From Malacoraja senta (Eukaryota): a stretch of DNA of 64,000 nucleotides. The DNA lies in NCBI GenBank assembly GCA_038087875.1, contig CM075998.1, positions 4,590,001-4,654,000 of the forward strand. Direction: 5' to 3'. The position numbers were made by a program, and so were the translations under genes. The notes beneath the pieces are model-generated. The model searched no databases. It saw only the letters and a program-made list of their open reading frames with translations, and was not told the origin of the DNA. Below are positions 47,423-62,167 of this stretch, piece after piece (positions within the stretch are counted from its first letter, which is position 1; the number at the start of each line of letters is the position of its first letter).

Positions 47423-50400
47423 TAAATAGCTCATGTTGCTGTCATTCTGAACAAAATGTCCTACGTGCCTCGATGTCCAAGAAACCTAGCTCCAGAGATG
47501 AGTTTATTAACTTCCATTGCTTTGGTTAATCACATCAAGAATATGGCAGTTATTTTGTTGTTGTTGTACTGTTTAAAAAATATTTTCTCACCAATCAGTC
47601 AGCAGATTTTATAAGTGTATCTTTTGCATCGAGAATGTGGAAGGAAAACCTTGTCTCTGTTGTGACAAAACTGCCCAGCTGAGCACTGGCAATTACACTA
47701 CTTTCAGTAATATATTTATTAACTTTAATATCATTGTGTACTGTACGTCATTCTTTTCAATACAATCGATATTACTTCACATTCTACGAATTACAGACGA
47801 AAGCCAATTTTACAGTTGTGCACATCAGTTACATCTTTGACTGCCAGTTGCAGTCACTCAACAGATAATGTATCTTCCTAAATGATGTCCAATTGCTGTG
47901 TTTATTCAGCCTCCACATATTTAACTCCCTTAAGAAAATCAGCAATTACGAAGAGTCATTTTGTTTTGTGTATTGTGGTATAAAGGAACACTTGTATCTT
48001 GTATATGCCTTTTGCGATTGAGTACCGTTGGCTTCCACAAAAAATATTGAACCTTCAGTAAACATATGAAGTGAGAGGAAGAAAGATACAGCATGGAAAC
48101 AGGTCCTTCGAACAGATCCTTCAAAGGTCCATACCGACCATTGATCACTGTTCATAATAGTTCTATGCATCCACTTCTTACTCACTAGGAATAATTTACA
48201 GCAGCCAATTAACCTACTAACCCGCTCATCTGGGATGTGGGAAGAAACCGGAGCAACCGGAAGAAACCCACGCGGTCAGAGAGAGAACGTGCAAACTCCA
48301 CATAGACAGCACCTGAGGTCAGAACCGAACCTGGGTTTCTGGCAATGTGAGCCAGCAACTCTACCCACTGCCCCACTGTGCAGCCCAACAAAGACTTTCT
48401 ATCAATCCACAGTCACATGTAGACCCTTTGCTTATTTCCCCTTAGTACAAATTTGAATGATCTGGTATTCGTGAAAGACAAGGAATGAGGCCCTGTGTGT
48501 TAGGGTGGGTGGTGGAATGAGGGTGGTGAGCACTGCGGGAGATCTGCCACAACCACCATTCTAGGGGCTGGCAAAAGGTAACTATAGTTGTCTCGGCCAC
48601 TAGTGAAATGCCTACTCTGGCGCAATGTCAGGAGAAATTTCATAATCTTACACAATACCTCAAGGTGAACTTTAGATCAACGAAAATACTGCTGCTTTCT
48701 GATACTTCTGCAGATAGAAAGATGTGCAAATGTACACAATTAATTACACTAATTATGACTCTATCCAATGCTACCCAATACACCCTAGCCTCTCCTACAC
48801 AACCCTTAATCCACCATTGATATAGAAAACATATTCAACACCATCAGCTCTCCCCACACAGTGGTTAAGCCTCCTCAGGAATGCCAGCGGAGAGCGTACT
48901 CAGTGTCACTCATTGTGGCAGATACACAATCTGGCATGTTCACAATCAATATCTCATTGTGACCGCTACATCATCTTTGATGTGATCATCAGAAGATGCT
49001 GCCATTACAATCTGTGCTGCTTCGTCACCATATCCCAGAAAGTAGCGCTGAGCCCTGTGGAACCCGAATACAGTTTTCCATCACTAAAACTTGCATTGTC
49101 CATTACGCTTTCCTTTCTGCCACCGCCTTTAACTTTCCACTTTCCTTTGGATCTGTTGGGTTTTTACTTTTCTGATCAAGCTGCCTTGTAGGACTTTGCC
49201 AAAGATGTTGCTAAAATTCATGTGGGCTACATCAAATGCATCACCTTTATTGATCCTCGATGCTTCCTCGAAATGTTCAGTCAGTCTGACGTGGCCTTCG
49301 TTAAACATATCCACATTGACTATCTTTACGAATGAGGATTAATAAACTCGCTCATGAGACTAGTCATTATCACTGGAGATACAGGCATTTATCCTGTTGT
49401 CCTGGAATACCATGTCAGAACTTTGGTGTCTAACATTTTAACATTGGTACTGTTTGTCTGCTGTTGAATCTTGCTCCACTGCATTGTTTGAAAGGGAGTT
49501 AAACAATAATCTATCTGGTGAATGGGAGGAAAACTTTATCATCACAGGGTTCAAAGAAAACTGCACCTTTATAGCAATGGTAAAACATATTTGTTATAAA
49601 GATTAACAATTAACAGACCCTGTTTATCATTCTTTCTTTTCTTCACTCGACCCTCCCCTGCAGAAAGCCGGTAGTAAATAAATGCTCTGCTTCCATCTTA
49701 ACCCTAGTTTATTTTAGAAATCCCTTCCAGGTTCTTCCCAATCAAGAAGAATGCTCTCTGCTAATGTTGCAGTAGTTTCAGATGCAGACTTTTCTAACAT
49801 CCAGCATTCAATGCTAGAGACTACTCAGTCCATTGAGGCATGTCCCGCTCAGTGGAGAAAAAAGCCCAACGGGGTTGAGCTATTGAATCTGTGATCAAGC
49901 TATTATAATGCAAGGTGACAGATTCAAATTAAAAGAAAGAGGGATTTGTATAAACTGCCTATAAATAACATTTCCAGTTATTTCAATAGCACAGTATTTT
50001 TTACTGATGCGTGCAAATATCTAAGAAGATTTTTTAAAACTGGTTTTTGTAATGTTAAAGGTAATCTATGATGATTTTTATGGATTTCATTGATTGTTTA
50101 AAATGGCTTCAAAGACTGTACTTTTCCAGAATTAAAGGCCATGGTCATGCTTTTGAGTTTGCCAACTACATTTTTTCTTTGTTTGCTTTAATGGATGGAA
50201 ACATTGTGGGCAAAGGAGTACAGACGCTCATATTCTCACCCACTGAGTTGTTTTGCGCAAATCCTTATCAAAAATTGTATTTACCCTTCAGTAAGTGGTG
50301 GAAGGAAAAATTCCTGGCCAGCACTTTACAGCTTTCTCTGCTACAAGTGAAATATTAATTGCCAGCCAACCCTGTTGATGTGAATAAGTTTAAGATCTGA

Positions 50401-53400
50401 ACAGGATTCGTTTTGAGAAGAAGCAGATCACCAATATGATCTACTGTATGTTACACTGTTTTAGTGGCACTTATCTAAGGAGAAATGTTCACAGATGTGA
50501 CTAAGTAATTCTTTAGTTATAGTGAGAATGCCAGTCAAATTAATGTATCATGTGGGATCTCCTTCTCTGAACAAATCTCAAGACAACTTCCATGTTAATG
50601 GTTTGAGGTTAAGCCCTCTGTAATTAACAATATTTTTGTATGTAAATTTAATTTACTATTGTATGTTGACAGATTTTGTTCTCATGATTTGATTGCATAG
50701 TGCCACGTTTTGGTGCATTATGCAATACAATTTCTAACAATGAAATCCTATTAGCGTTTGGAGACATTTTGTAAGTTACATAATATTAATGGTTTTTCAT
50801 TCCTGGTCTTTTGTGTACCTCATGCGTTGATTCACGCAGGACCCCAGACTTGAGCAGTGGATCCATTGCTAAGAGGTGTGCATTCGGGTGTCAATACTGT
50901 AATTTTCAGCCAGTGAGCCTCTTGCGGGTGTGAAGCTTGCTTCCGCATAACTGAAAGAGGACCTCGCTGAGCAAGCTTGAGTAGACACGGGGTCCCAGAC
51001 ACTCAAAGGTCCCCTTGGAGACATTCCCTGCCTACTACTCAGGCTCTCTGCCCAGCCATTCCCCCTACCCCCACAACCATAATAACTCTGACTCATAGCT
51101 TATGGCCTTCGTTCAACCCATACAGAGCCTTCACACCCCCACCCCAAAGTTTGTGAACCTCGCTGTCCCAAGTACCCATCTACTGATCCCCTGATCCACC
51201 AATCCATCAAACTCCCAATACAAGCCAACCAAACACCAGCAGGCAGCTATTGCATCCCCGACTGAACTACATCTGAACCTTGACTATAGTTCGATTTTTT
51301 TTTCTCCCCTGCAACCAGCCCTCATAACAACTCCTGTACATATTAGCCTGGTCCACGGTATTCCCAAAATTAAATTTGGCAAATAATCAAAGTCTCTTCA
51401 TAGGAGTTATAGCTGAAAGATAAAATCAACAGGTGCTAGACAATAAACAGTAAGGCTGCGCTTTGTGGCATCAGTTGCCTTCTGACAGGAATTTGTACAT
51501 CGAAGAGAACTTTTTATTAGTTATTTGATCTGACGTCAGAATTTTTATTTTGGTTTGCAGTTTAAAAATTTCTGTCTGAAGTTGCTTTCGTAGACTTGGC
51601 TACTGAAACAAAGTTTTGGACCTTTCAAATTAATCGTTTGGTTTTGTGCCCCATATAAAATTTGACATGCAACTGCCTGTGCTATATTCAGCTGCATCTA
51701 TCTATATAATTCACTCTGCTGCCAGTGTGCACCTGTGGCATTGCATCTCAAGAAATATCAATCACATGTCAAGCAAAGGAAATTTTGAATGTTATAAACC
51801 ATTCGTATCAACCACATCTAATTGTTAGATAGTTTGGGAAAGCTGCCAAGCATGTAATCACCCACAATTAATACTCGGATTCTTTTCCGGAACAGGCATT
51901 TCTGTGCCAACTACTGCCACAAACCAACTAAATACATTTCTCATGACATTTGTAAAATAAAATGTAACTCATCCAACAGGTTTAGTTTAGGTTAGAGATT
52001 CAGCATGGAAACAGTCCCTTCAGCCCACTGAGTCTATGCTGACCATCGATTACCCCTACACTAGTTCTATGTCATCCCACTTTTGCATCCTACACACTAG
52101 AGGCAATTTACAGAGCCCAATTAACCTACAAACCTGGACACCTGGAGAAAACCCACGTGGTCACAGGGAGAATGTACAAACTGCGCACAGACAGTACCTG
52201 TTGTTAGGATCAAACCCGGGTGTCTGGCGCTGTGACGCAGCAACTCTACCGCCATGCCGACCCAACAATTCTAACAATCCATAGCGCACAACCAAAAAAT
52301 ATATTAACATTTTACGAGAAGATGTTTTTGATTTTTGCAAGGTGATTTGTGGAAACTTGGAGCTATAGTTCAGTTTCATTCACATTTCACATTCACAGAC
52401 ACAATTACAATGTTTAAAAGACGTCTGGGCAGGTTCATGGATAGAAAAGGTTTGGAGCCAAAAGCAGGCAAATGGGATGGGCTCAGGAAGACAGCTTTGT
52501 AGACATGGAAGAGGTTGGCGGAAAGGCCTTCTTCTTTCCTAACTACAGTCATAACTACATGACACTGACTCGGTGGGAAGTAAAATGGTTGCTATAAGTA
52601 GTGGGTGGCAAAAGAAATACCTGAGAGAATAAATTGTGGGGCCACAGGGAAAATAAGAAAGGGAGTGGGACTGATGGGATTGCTCTGCTTGGAGCCATCA
52701 TTAACCTGATGGGCTGAATAGCCTCATCCTGTATCATAATAACACCTCACAATAAATGTAAAAGAAATAGAGGGTGTTATATAATGACTTTCCCTTAAAG
52801 AAACATGATGAACTACAAATAGAAACATAGAAAATAGGTGCAGGAGTAGGCCATTCTTCCCTTTGAGCCTGCACCGCCATTCAATATGATCATGGCTGAT
52901 CATCCAACTCGGGTATCCTGTACCTGCCTTCTCTCCATACCCCCTGATCCCTTTAGCCACAAGGGCCAGGTATAAAGTACAATGCAGGTATAAAAGTATC
53001 TCAATGATCCACAGTTACCAAATCCACCATATTTTTTTAAATAAAAGCCAAAGACAACTTGCAAAGAAACAAAAGTGAAAAATAATTGGAAAGACGCTTG
53101 AGTGGTCACTTCAGAAATATTATTTAATTGATTCCTGGGAGATATATGAACAATGCTTTCTTATCAATTGTAAGTAACTAAACAACATGATGTTATAAAT
53201 TACTGTATCTCTGCAGGAACGATAAGCTGTTCATTTTCTATTGTCCATCTGTTTACTGTCTGGTTTGTACGCCAAGAAATGAGTAAAACAGCACGAGTGC
53301 TTCACAGCATTACTTCACCACGCATCTTCAAATCAGTACATCACTCCAAATACAAATAATTGTGCTGCCCTGGTGCAGAATGTAGTTGCAAGATATCAGC

Positions 53401-56400
53401 CCAGGTATTGTTTATGTATTTTTGCGTTTAAAGTTACCTCAGAAAGTGTTACCTCAGAATTGATGTTCTCACTTATTTTACCAATGCAAACAAACTCGTT
53501 ATTTTTTTTTTTTTTTAAAGATACCCTGGAGGTTTCATTCTCTGCAGAGGGACCATTTCTGGAATTTATAGACATGTGGCACATCTTTGGGCTTTATGGT
53601 CTTTTCTTTTGGGGAACTGTGAAATTGAGAGTGACGGTCAAAAGCATGCAACTTATCATTATTTTCTGGTAAATTTGGGGCTTTTTAAAAATAACTTTTT
53701 TTGCAAAATTTAGTTTGAGCAGCCAACCTTCAGTTTAGTGGGAAACTCAAGAATTTCAAAAATTATTTGGAAGCATTCCATTCATTTGTCCTTTTTATCA
53801 GCAGCTAGTTCTGGCTGCCCAATTTTCATTTCGATTTCTGCTGTGGTATTAAGATGCAATCTTTTAGGTAGGCATTCAGCACTTTTGGTTTCAGGATTAC
53901 TTTTTGGATCTGCATTGGCCAGAAATACATGAATGGATACAGAACATACTTTAATTGTCTCTGAGTGTCCCACAAACAGGTTGTCCCTGTTGTGTTGTTG
54001 GTGAGGCTGCATTTAACAGCTGGGAGCAGGTGAATCTCTTTGTAAACAGCGCAGCGGGTTTTCTATGTCCAGCTGGGAGATCTGCTTGGTCCCCAGCTTT
54101 GTCATTCACCCGAACAGCAGCACACAATTTGGTACAAATCCCTCCTGGTTCTGTACTGAAACTCAATGCTCAGCGGTGGGATTTGTACACACGGCCTGTA
54201 ACAACTAGGTTGTTAGGCAGGTGCAATCGCATCATTTAAAATACATTAGGACAAGTAAATGGATAGGAAAGGTGCAGAGGGATATGGGCCAAATGCGAGC
54301 AGGTGGGATTAGTGTAGATGGGATTAGATAGAGCTCTTAAAGATAGCGGAGTCAAGGGATATGGGGAGAAGGCAGGACCGGGGTACTGGTTGTGGATGAT
54401 CAGCCATGATCACAGTGAATGGCGGTGCTGGCTCGAAGGGCCGAATGGCCTCCTCCTGCACCTGTTGTCTATTGTCTATTGTTAAGCAACACAAATGGAA
54501 AATCTTCAAGTTAAGGCACAGAAACGACTGGCATAACTAGATAATGATAAATACATTTGAGCTCACTATTTCTGCTGAACGATCGCAAAAAATGAAATAA
54601 TGTTCTTCCCAAAATGTAGCTAATGCATGTGTGTTTGTTTCATGGATGGTTGAAGAGCTATAAGCGGAGAATAAAAAACATAATAGTAGTTCGTATCAGT
54701 TTAGTGAACAAAGTTTCTCATAAATTGCAATATAAATTGTACTGCGACACACGAGAGGATACCCCTCATAACTGTGTGTTGATCTTCTGGCAGTTCCTAA
54801 CATGCTGCTCAGCTGCGCTGGAGTTTGCCAGCCAACTTGAAAAAGCTTAACTAATAGTAAGTAGTGGGCAATGTGCATGAATTGAAATATGTGAGATATA
54901 CCTGGGACATGTTAGTTTAAACTAGAGAAGGTGGGAACCAGAGTATTAGGTTAGAAATTGGAAGGAGCGATGGGAAGGTAGAGGTTAGGACCAGTAAGTC
55001 TCAAAGGAAGGAAAGGCAGGGAGAGATGGCAGAATATGGTGAAGTGTGCTTATTTTAATGCAAGGAGTATTGTGGAGAAAGCAGATGAACACCGAGCCCG
55101 GATCAATGCTTGACGCCCTGGCTGAGATATATAAACCTTCATTAGACACGGGTGAGATGCCAGAAGACGGGAGGGTGGCTAATGTTGTGCTTCTATTTAA
55201 GAAGGACTGCAAAGAAAAGCCTGGGAACTATAAACCAGTGAATTTTGCAAGGCCTTTTGCTAGTGGAAACTCTCACTGGTGATGTGTGGAGAAAAGAATT
55301 AGGGCTATCAAATTGTTGCAAATCTCTCTATATCCCACTTTTGTGTCTAACAGGGCTCTTGACCTGAATCTAGAGTGAGAAATACCTTCACACCACTCCA
55401 AATAGCACAGCGCTGTGCTGATGAAACTACCGTTAATAGGGAGTATGACCATTTTGTACACGTTTCTGGCAAGGGTCCTTCTTGTGACTGTTCCTGATCG
55501 ACTGATGTACGAAGCTTAAAGAAGGTGTCGATGGAAATTGGACAGCTCACCTCTTTCTCTGACAAAGAAAGCAATCTTCCATCAAGCAACCACATGTAAT
55601 GCCTCACCATGTTTAGAATCCTCCTCCTTGAAGATGGCTAATCCTGTCTCATTGTTGAAGAATACTTCTGAAAATCATTTTGTAGTGGTGGTGGTGCTAT
55701 GTTGTGGACCTGTTCCTTTTGTGAACTCTCTTGCTCAAGCTCTAAACAATCCTCATTTGGAAGCTCTTCACCACAAGCCAATAGCTCTTCCACATTATTC
55801 TGGTCTTCTTCTTCAAATCCAGCCTTTTTTTTGCCAATTTGACAATGTCTTCTTGGAAATTTTCCAGCAATGAGAACAGCTTAGTTGCGCATTAACTATG
55901 GCCATCATTTTTTTGGATATACCATTATTTGTTTGTATGGCTGCATCTTCTGAAGAGTCATTGATGCAGTCTATGGCTATCTCAATACTCTGCCTCTTCC
56001 AAATTTTATTAATGGTCATTGTTGCTTGACTCCGAAATGATAAGCCTCATTAAGCACAGTAGGTAATAAGTCTTGAGCATGGCAAGAGCACTCTGGTCCA
56101 TGCATTATAACAGTAAAGTGATGTTTGGGTAGTTAAGTGCTGCCTGCGTATTGATAGCAATGTGCTTGATGTGAATTGGATGTCCAAGGGCATTAATGAC
56201 AATTAGCAAGACTCTGTTGTCCAGGTTATTCCTTGCAGAATATTGTTTGAATGAAGGGGAGGGATGTGACATAATCTTGGAGCATCACTGCGATCAAGGC
56301 TTTTTTGTTGGATCTCCACACCACAGGAAAGTTGGCCTTGAGAATCCCTTAAATCCCTCGATTCTCTGAGTAATTTATTGAGAGGCTTAACCTTTCAGGC

Positions 56401-58052
56401 TTTGTCTATTTCCCCTGCATTATGTCAGCTAAATTAGGGAGTAGCGATGAGGTAATGAATGCTAACCATGAGTTCAAAAGCCTCTAGATTTTAGAATGAA
56501 CATAAGAGTGTAAATGAAGCAAGAAGTCCTGCAGTTTTTACTTATGTTTTGCTTATATAATTTATGTTGGAATAAAAAGTGCGTCACTTTTTCATTTTAA
56601 CAGTGAGAATATAGGAAGAAGAGACGTGTAGGATAAATATATTTGCAGCTTAGGAAGAAGAGCAGGGTTCAGAACAGCTGATGAAAGAGATTTATAGTTC
56701 CAAGTTGGCCAGCTTTTTCCCTCATCCTCTCCAGATGTACGTTAGAAAAGGCCCTAGTGTTCAAATCTGGAATGGACTTGGGTTTTGAACGGAAATGGAG
56801 AAATGTTTTTTTTATTAGGAACGGTTTTGTGGTGAGGGTTTTACCGTTAGAATCTTAGCTGCAACCATACCGACAAGCTCCATTTCGGATTGTTACATCT
56901 GCTGGAAAGAGAAGCTTTCCATTCCTTTCGTTCTGGACTGGAAACTATGGTACACTTCAGAGTCACAATTTACTGTGTATGCAACATTTTTTGATAAAAA
57001 AGGAAGGCAAGGCGGTCACTTTTTTTTAGGAGCTTGGGATTTCCTACAGCTGGCAAACTACAGCAACAAAGAAACCAGTAATCGATCTCAGCAAATGTTT
57101 ATTTTGAGCAATTAGATTTTGCGGCCTTCAAGTCCCAGACAAAGTTACATGCAACAACATCGGTAGCAGCATGATTTGTGGTGTGCTATCCTCTGACCTA
57201 CCACAGCAGGTTCACTTGCTCAAGTTTAAAATTGTTTCAATAATGTATGAATAGAATTATTTTCATTGATATAAATTATGATGTTTCAAGATGCACTTAT
57301 ACCAGATTCAATTTTCTCACCATGCAAGAAGCATATCTATCTTTCATACAATGCACATACCATCGATCAAATGGATGTGCTTTGATTAGTCCAGTGTGTC
57401 ATTCTATAATAGTGGTATTTATTTTCTGCAGCTGAAACCCTGACCCATGCCTTTGTTATCTCTGTACCTGATTATTCCATCTTGACCTTGTTCTACTCTC
57501 TGTAACTTTTAGGTGATGCAAAACCCTGCAACACCTAAATCACCTGTCTGCTGGCTAGAACAATATATGCTCTTGGTTTAGCAATACCTCCATTTAAAAA
57601 TTCACATTCATGTTTTCAGATACCTCCATGGTCTCATCCTTTCCTGTCTCTATATTCTTCTCCAGTCCTAGAACGCTCAGAAATCTACACTTCCTTTTAA
57701 TTTTGCCCTCATGCTCATCCCTATTTTCCCAGTTGGTTGCCGTGTATTCAGGTGCCACGACACCAAGGTCGGGAATACCTTCTGAACCTCTCGTCCTCCC
57801 TTTTCTCTCTCTCTCTCTCTTATCATTTAATACAGTACATAAGACCTCTCTTGGGCCAAGCTTTTAATCATCCGTCCTAATATCCTTTGTTCCTCAGCAT
57901 CAACTTTTATTTGATGATATAACTGTCCAATGGCTTGGACAGTTCTCAGAATATTGAAGTTGTAACAAAAATTTAATTTGTTGCTGTGTATGCGTGTAAA
58001 GAAAACAAACATTTTGTGGTAAGAATTTCTGTCAATCAATTATTTTAGTCAT

Positions 58053-58771
58053 ATTCAAAAATTTTGGAATGAAATTTTTGAAATCTTTACAAAGTTATTT
58101 AAAACAAGACTGATACCCAAAGCAGAATGGATTATCTTCGGTATAACGGAAGATGGTCCAGAACTAAATGTGTTTCAAAAGAAACGAATGGACTATGGGT
58201 TAATAACTGGAAAAAAGCTAATTCTAAAATTTTGGAAGAAGGCTCCAATACCAACTATAAATATGTGGATTTCAAATATGTTTGAAACATTACACCTAGA
58301 AGAGATAAGACTCCTCCTAGCAGGTAAACCAGATCACTTCCACCTGACGTGGTCTGCATTTATAGAATTATTACAAACATAGGGTGCAAAAGTACTTTTA
58401 AAAAAAAATGAGGTCAGGTAAGGGGGGATGATAGTTGAAGAGTTGGTATGTCCCATTTACGTAATGCTCATAAAAATATTTGTTTCTCTCTTTTTCCTCT
58501 TTCTCTCTTTCTTTCTTTCCTAGGGTCTATTTCTTAACTCTTTTTCTTTTGTTTTTAATTTTGCTCTTATAGGGTCTTCGTCCTTTTTTGTTGTCTCATT
58601 TCCTACACTTTCACTTTTTCCTTCACTTTCTTCTTTCAATCTTTTCCTTTTCTAGTGTAAAAAATAAATGGAGTACATTAATTGTAAGAAGATATAAATG
58701 ACAAGTACTAATGTATGTGGTTGTAATGTAATGTACTTCTAATAAAATACAAATTTAAAAAAATATATATA
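58053..58771 (+). mobile_element. L1-clade LINE 3' fragment
   Basis: ORF2 end (..KKLILKFWKK..PTINMWISNM..LEEI..TWSAFIELL*), T-rich 3' UTR, AATAAA plus A-rich tail. 12-bp TSD TATTTTAGTCAT at 58041-58052 and 58772-58783. Confidence 0.8.
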
Positions 58772-58821
58772 TATTTTAGTCATTTAACAGAACAATTCCA
58801 GAAAAATGTGCAGCAGGTATA

Positions 58822-58892
58822 GAGGGTGTAGTTCAGTGGTAGAGCATTTCACTGCAGATCAAGAGGTCCCCAGTTCAAACTGATTGTCCCTC
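58822..58892 (+). pseudogene. tRNA-Cys(GCA) pseudogene
   Basis: GAGGGTGTAGTTCAGTGGTAGAGCATTTCACTGCAGATCAAGAGGTCCCCAGTTCAAACTGATTGTCCCTC aligns to vertebrate tRNA-Cys, with mismatches in the acceptor, anticodon and T stems. Confidence 0.8.
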
Positions 58893-59862
58893 ATCAATAT
58901 TTTTTGTAGGCGGCACAGTGGCTCAGCGGTAGAGTTTGTGCCTTATGCCGAAACAGCGCCGGAGACCCCGGTTTGATCCTGACTGTGGGTGCTGTCTGTA
59001 CGGAGTTTGTATGTTCTCCCTGTGACCGCGTGGGCTTGCTCTGGGTGCTCCAGTTTCCTCCCACATTCAAAGATGTGCAGGTTTGCAGGTTAATTTGCTT
59101 CTGTTAATTGTCCCTAGTGTGTAGGATAGAACTCAGTATTCAGTATTAACTTTAATGTCATTTCACTGAGTACTTACATACACAGAAGAAACAAAAAATT
59201 GTTTCTCATCAGTTCCTGTCAGTGCAGTTAATAAAAGCAGAATAAATACATACAACTTTAAAATTAACATATCTAAAATAGACCTAAAAATTGAACTAAA
59301 AACAGACATTCAGACCGAACAGTGGCTTTACCTTGACAGGTGTCTAGCTGTCAAAGTATGGGCGAGGTTAGATGTGTTGGTGTATGATGTATGGGGAGGG
59401 GACACCATCCGTTAACCAGTTTTATTACCTGTGGAAAGAAGCTGTGTAGCATCCTGCTGGTTCTGCAGCTGATTCTGAACTAGTGTACAGATCGCTGTTC
59501 GGCGTAGACTCGGTGGGCAGAAGGGCTTGTTTCTATGCTGTATCTCTAAACAAAACTAAAACTAAAATATAGTTCAATGAGATAATATATTATCATATTG
59601 TGGAACTGTCTGTCTCAACCCAGAATCCTAAATGTCGTAATGAAAATAAAACACTTCTTTTGGAAGAGACCTGAGACAACTTGAAATATTTGAGATGCAA
59701 GTTTTGCAATTTGAGATTGAGGCCATTAGGAAAGTATTTTGTATATGTGTAAATTCTGTCTGGTATTCATAAATTTCAGATTAAATCGTTGGTTTCTTCG
59801 TGCATACTATTCATGCCCAACATCAGGGCGCTTTATTGGCAATGGGTATCATGGTTGATTTA

Positions 59863-60179
59863 AGGGCCTTGTCCCACTGTACGAGCTAATTCAAGAGCTC
59901 GCTCGAGTTAAAAAAAAATCAAATTCATGGTAAGCACGTAGAATGTACGTAGCGGGTACGTCGGAGCTCGGGACGTCTCTTAGCGGCTCGTAACGCTAAC
60001 GGCAGGTACTCAGGAAAGGCGGTAAGCTCGGGAAGGCTCGGGAAGATTTTTCAACATGTTGAAAAATGTCCACGAGAGCCCCGAGTACCTACGAGCGGTT
60101 ATTACCGTAATTCTCCGAGTTCGAATCAGGGGAAACTCGGGAGAGCTCTTGAATTACCTCGTACAGTGGGACAGGCCCT
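59863..60179. mobile_element. PIF/Harbinger-like MITE
   Basis: ~38-bp TIR AGGGCCTTGTCCCACTGTACGAGCTAATTCAAGAGCTC with a TTA TSD on both sides. Confidence 0.78.
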
Positions 60180-60427
60180 TTACTGTCATTGTGATTTATG
60201 GAACAAATGTTGATTTGTTTCAATGGTTCCCTTCGTATCAACTTGTCCTTTTATATGTTGGGTATATTGTAGAGTTGATTAAGGAGACGTTTTTGTGTCT
60301 CAGATACTGGTTTATAATGCTGGCTGTCTGAAATCTTTAAATCAATGCAGTTTATGATATAAGATATGATATAAGATCAAAGAGAAATGAAGATGGTTTT
60401 AACCACAAATTTCCCTTTCCTCCACAG

Positions 60428-60612
60428 TCATTTTAACAGATGAAGAAGTTCAGAGGAAAAAGGAGATAATTTTAAAACGGAAAGAAGAAGAAGCCATAAA
60501 GGAGGCTAAAAAACCAAAGTTGTCAGATGACCAAGAAAAGATGATTGCCTTATTGATGGAAGCACATCATAAAACATATGATGAATCGTATTCGGACTTT
60601 AACGAATTCAGA
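60428..60612 (+). CDS. VDR: Vitamin D receptor, hinge and start of ligand-binding domain exon (absent from the ORF track)
   Basis: 185 nt between ctccacAG and GTATGT. Encodes (F)[71 protein letters not shown] and AHHKTYD are VDR-diagnostic. Confidence 0.95.
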
Positions 60613-62167
60613 GTATGTATCGTGAGTGCGAGTTGGGTTAAGGCAGGGAATTCCAGTAAAATTGTGATTACTTAAACTGTATGAATAGTTCAAGTTCGTT
60701 GTTGTATGGATGAGTACAGTGAAGTACAGTTACAATGAAAATCTTGCTTGCAGTAGCATCACAGTCACATAGACTCCGTTTTATATCAGAAATATTTTCA
60801 GATGAATATCAAAAATATTAGCGCAAATAAGATTAAAAAAAAAAAAAAATTACATTTTAAACTCTTTGAATTGCCTAATTCCACATTCATGGATTGCACT
60901 TTGACCAGGTTGTTGGGCCTTGGGGGTCTGAGGGTGGATGAAAAGCAGATCGGTTTGGGATACCGTTGATATTGATATCCCTTTGAAAATAGTTGTAAAA
61001 CATTTTACCTTTTCTTTCCATTAAAACAATTATGCAATAATTAATAAGTAGAATGCGAGAGAGAGTAAGCTCGGGCATAGGGGAGAGGGGGAGGGGGGTG
61101 TAAGTTGATGCTGAGGACAAACCAAATTGGCACACACTACCCTAGTATAGATTTCACAAGTGATTGGACATGATAACAACTTGGTCACTTGCACTGAAAA
61201 ATATCATGTTTTTTCAATAAAAATGAAGTCAATGAAAAATATTTTTCTGTTAAAACATGCAGGTATAAGTGCCTTACATGACTTCTGGATGACCCAAGAT
61301 ATTTTCCTGCCAATGAAGTACAGTTGAAGTATTGTCATGGTTGTAATGGAGAAAATGATGGCTGAGAAATTCAAGTGCATCCAGAACTTTGTAGCAGATT
61401 ACAATGTCATCCCCTCAATTGCCTCCTGATTTCCCAACCACAAAATGAATTGCACATGAATGGGCATCGCACAATTTCATGCTTTAAATAAGCTACGTCT
61501 GAGGCCAGCTTTTAGCTGGGAGTTCAGTTTTAAACATCTGATAGGACTGTTGTCTTGTCAGAGTGGTGTGTAGGGCAGGAAGAAACATCTTTGCAGTTGG
61601 GGTGAGGGGGGGGTTCATGTGCCATGGTGGCACAGGAGCTGTATGCTGTGCTTGGAAGAGTAAATATCAGGTATCTGTTCTGTAGGGGTGGGGGGGGGGG
61701 GTGGGGTGGGGGGGGGGGGAAGGCATTGGAGCAGTTTGTGGTGTGAGACATGGTCGAGGGATTGTTGTGGAATCGGATGTTGTGAGGGGCAGGGTTTTCG
61801 AAAAGGACTGTCCAGATGCCTGCCTGATGAAAACCAGCATTTGCTGAAAATACTGGCCTTGCACCAAAGTCTTTCCCCTGTAAATATCTACAGTTGTAAA
61901 TAATTAAGAAGTAGAAACAAGGAACTGCAGATGCTGGTTTACAAAGTAAGACTCAAAGTGCTGGAGTAACTCAGTGGGTTAGGCATCATCTCTGGCGAAC
62001 ACGGATAGGTGCTGTTTCGGGTTGGGACAATTCCTCAGACTAATAACACAGTGGAATTGAGCTTGGAAGCAGGCTTGAGTTGTGATGGATTGGTCATTGA
62101 GATTATCGGGAACAGGATAGAATCAAGGGATTTATCAGGGAACTAACTGAGGAAGGAGATATGGCTG

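Noticed and set aside
40986..60612. PXR/CAR (NR1I2/NR1I3) instead of VDR
   Set aside because: FDRNx[28 protein letters not shown] and [17 protein letters not shown] match VDR rather than PXR or CAR.
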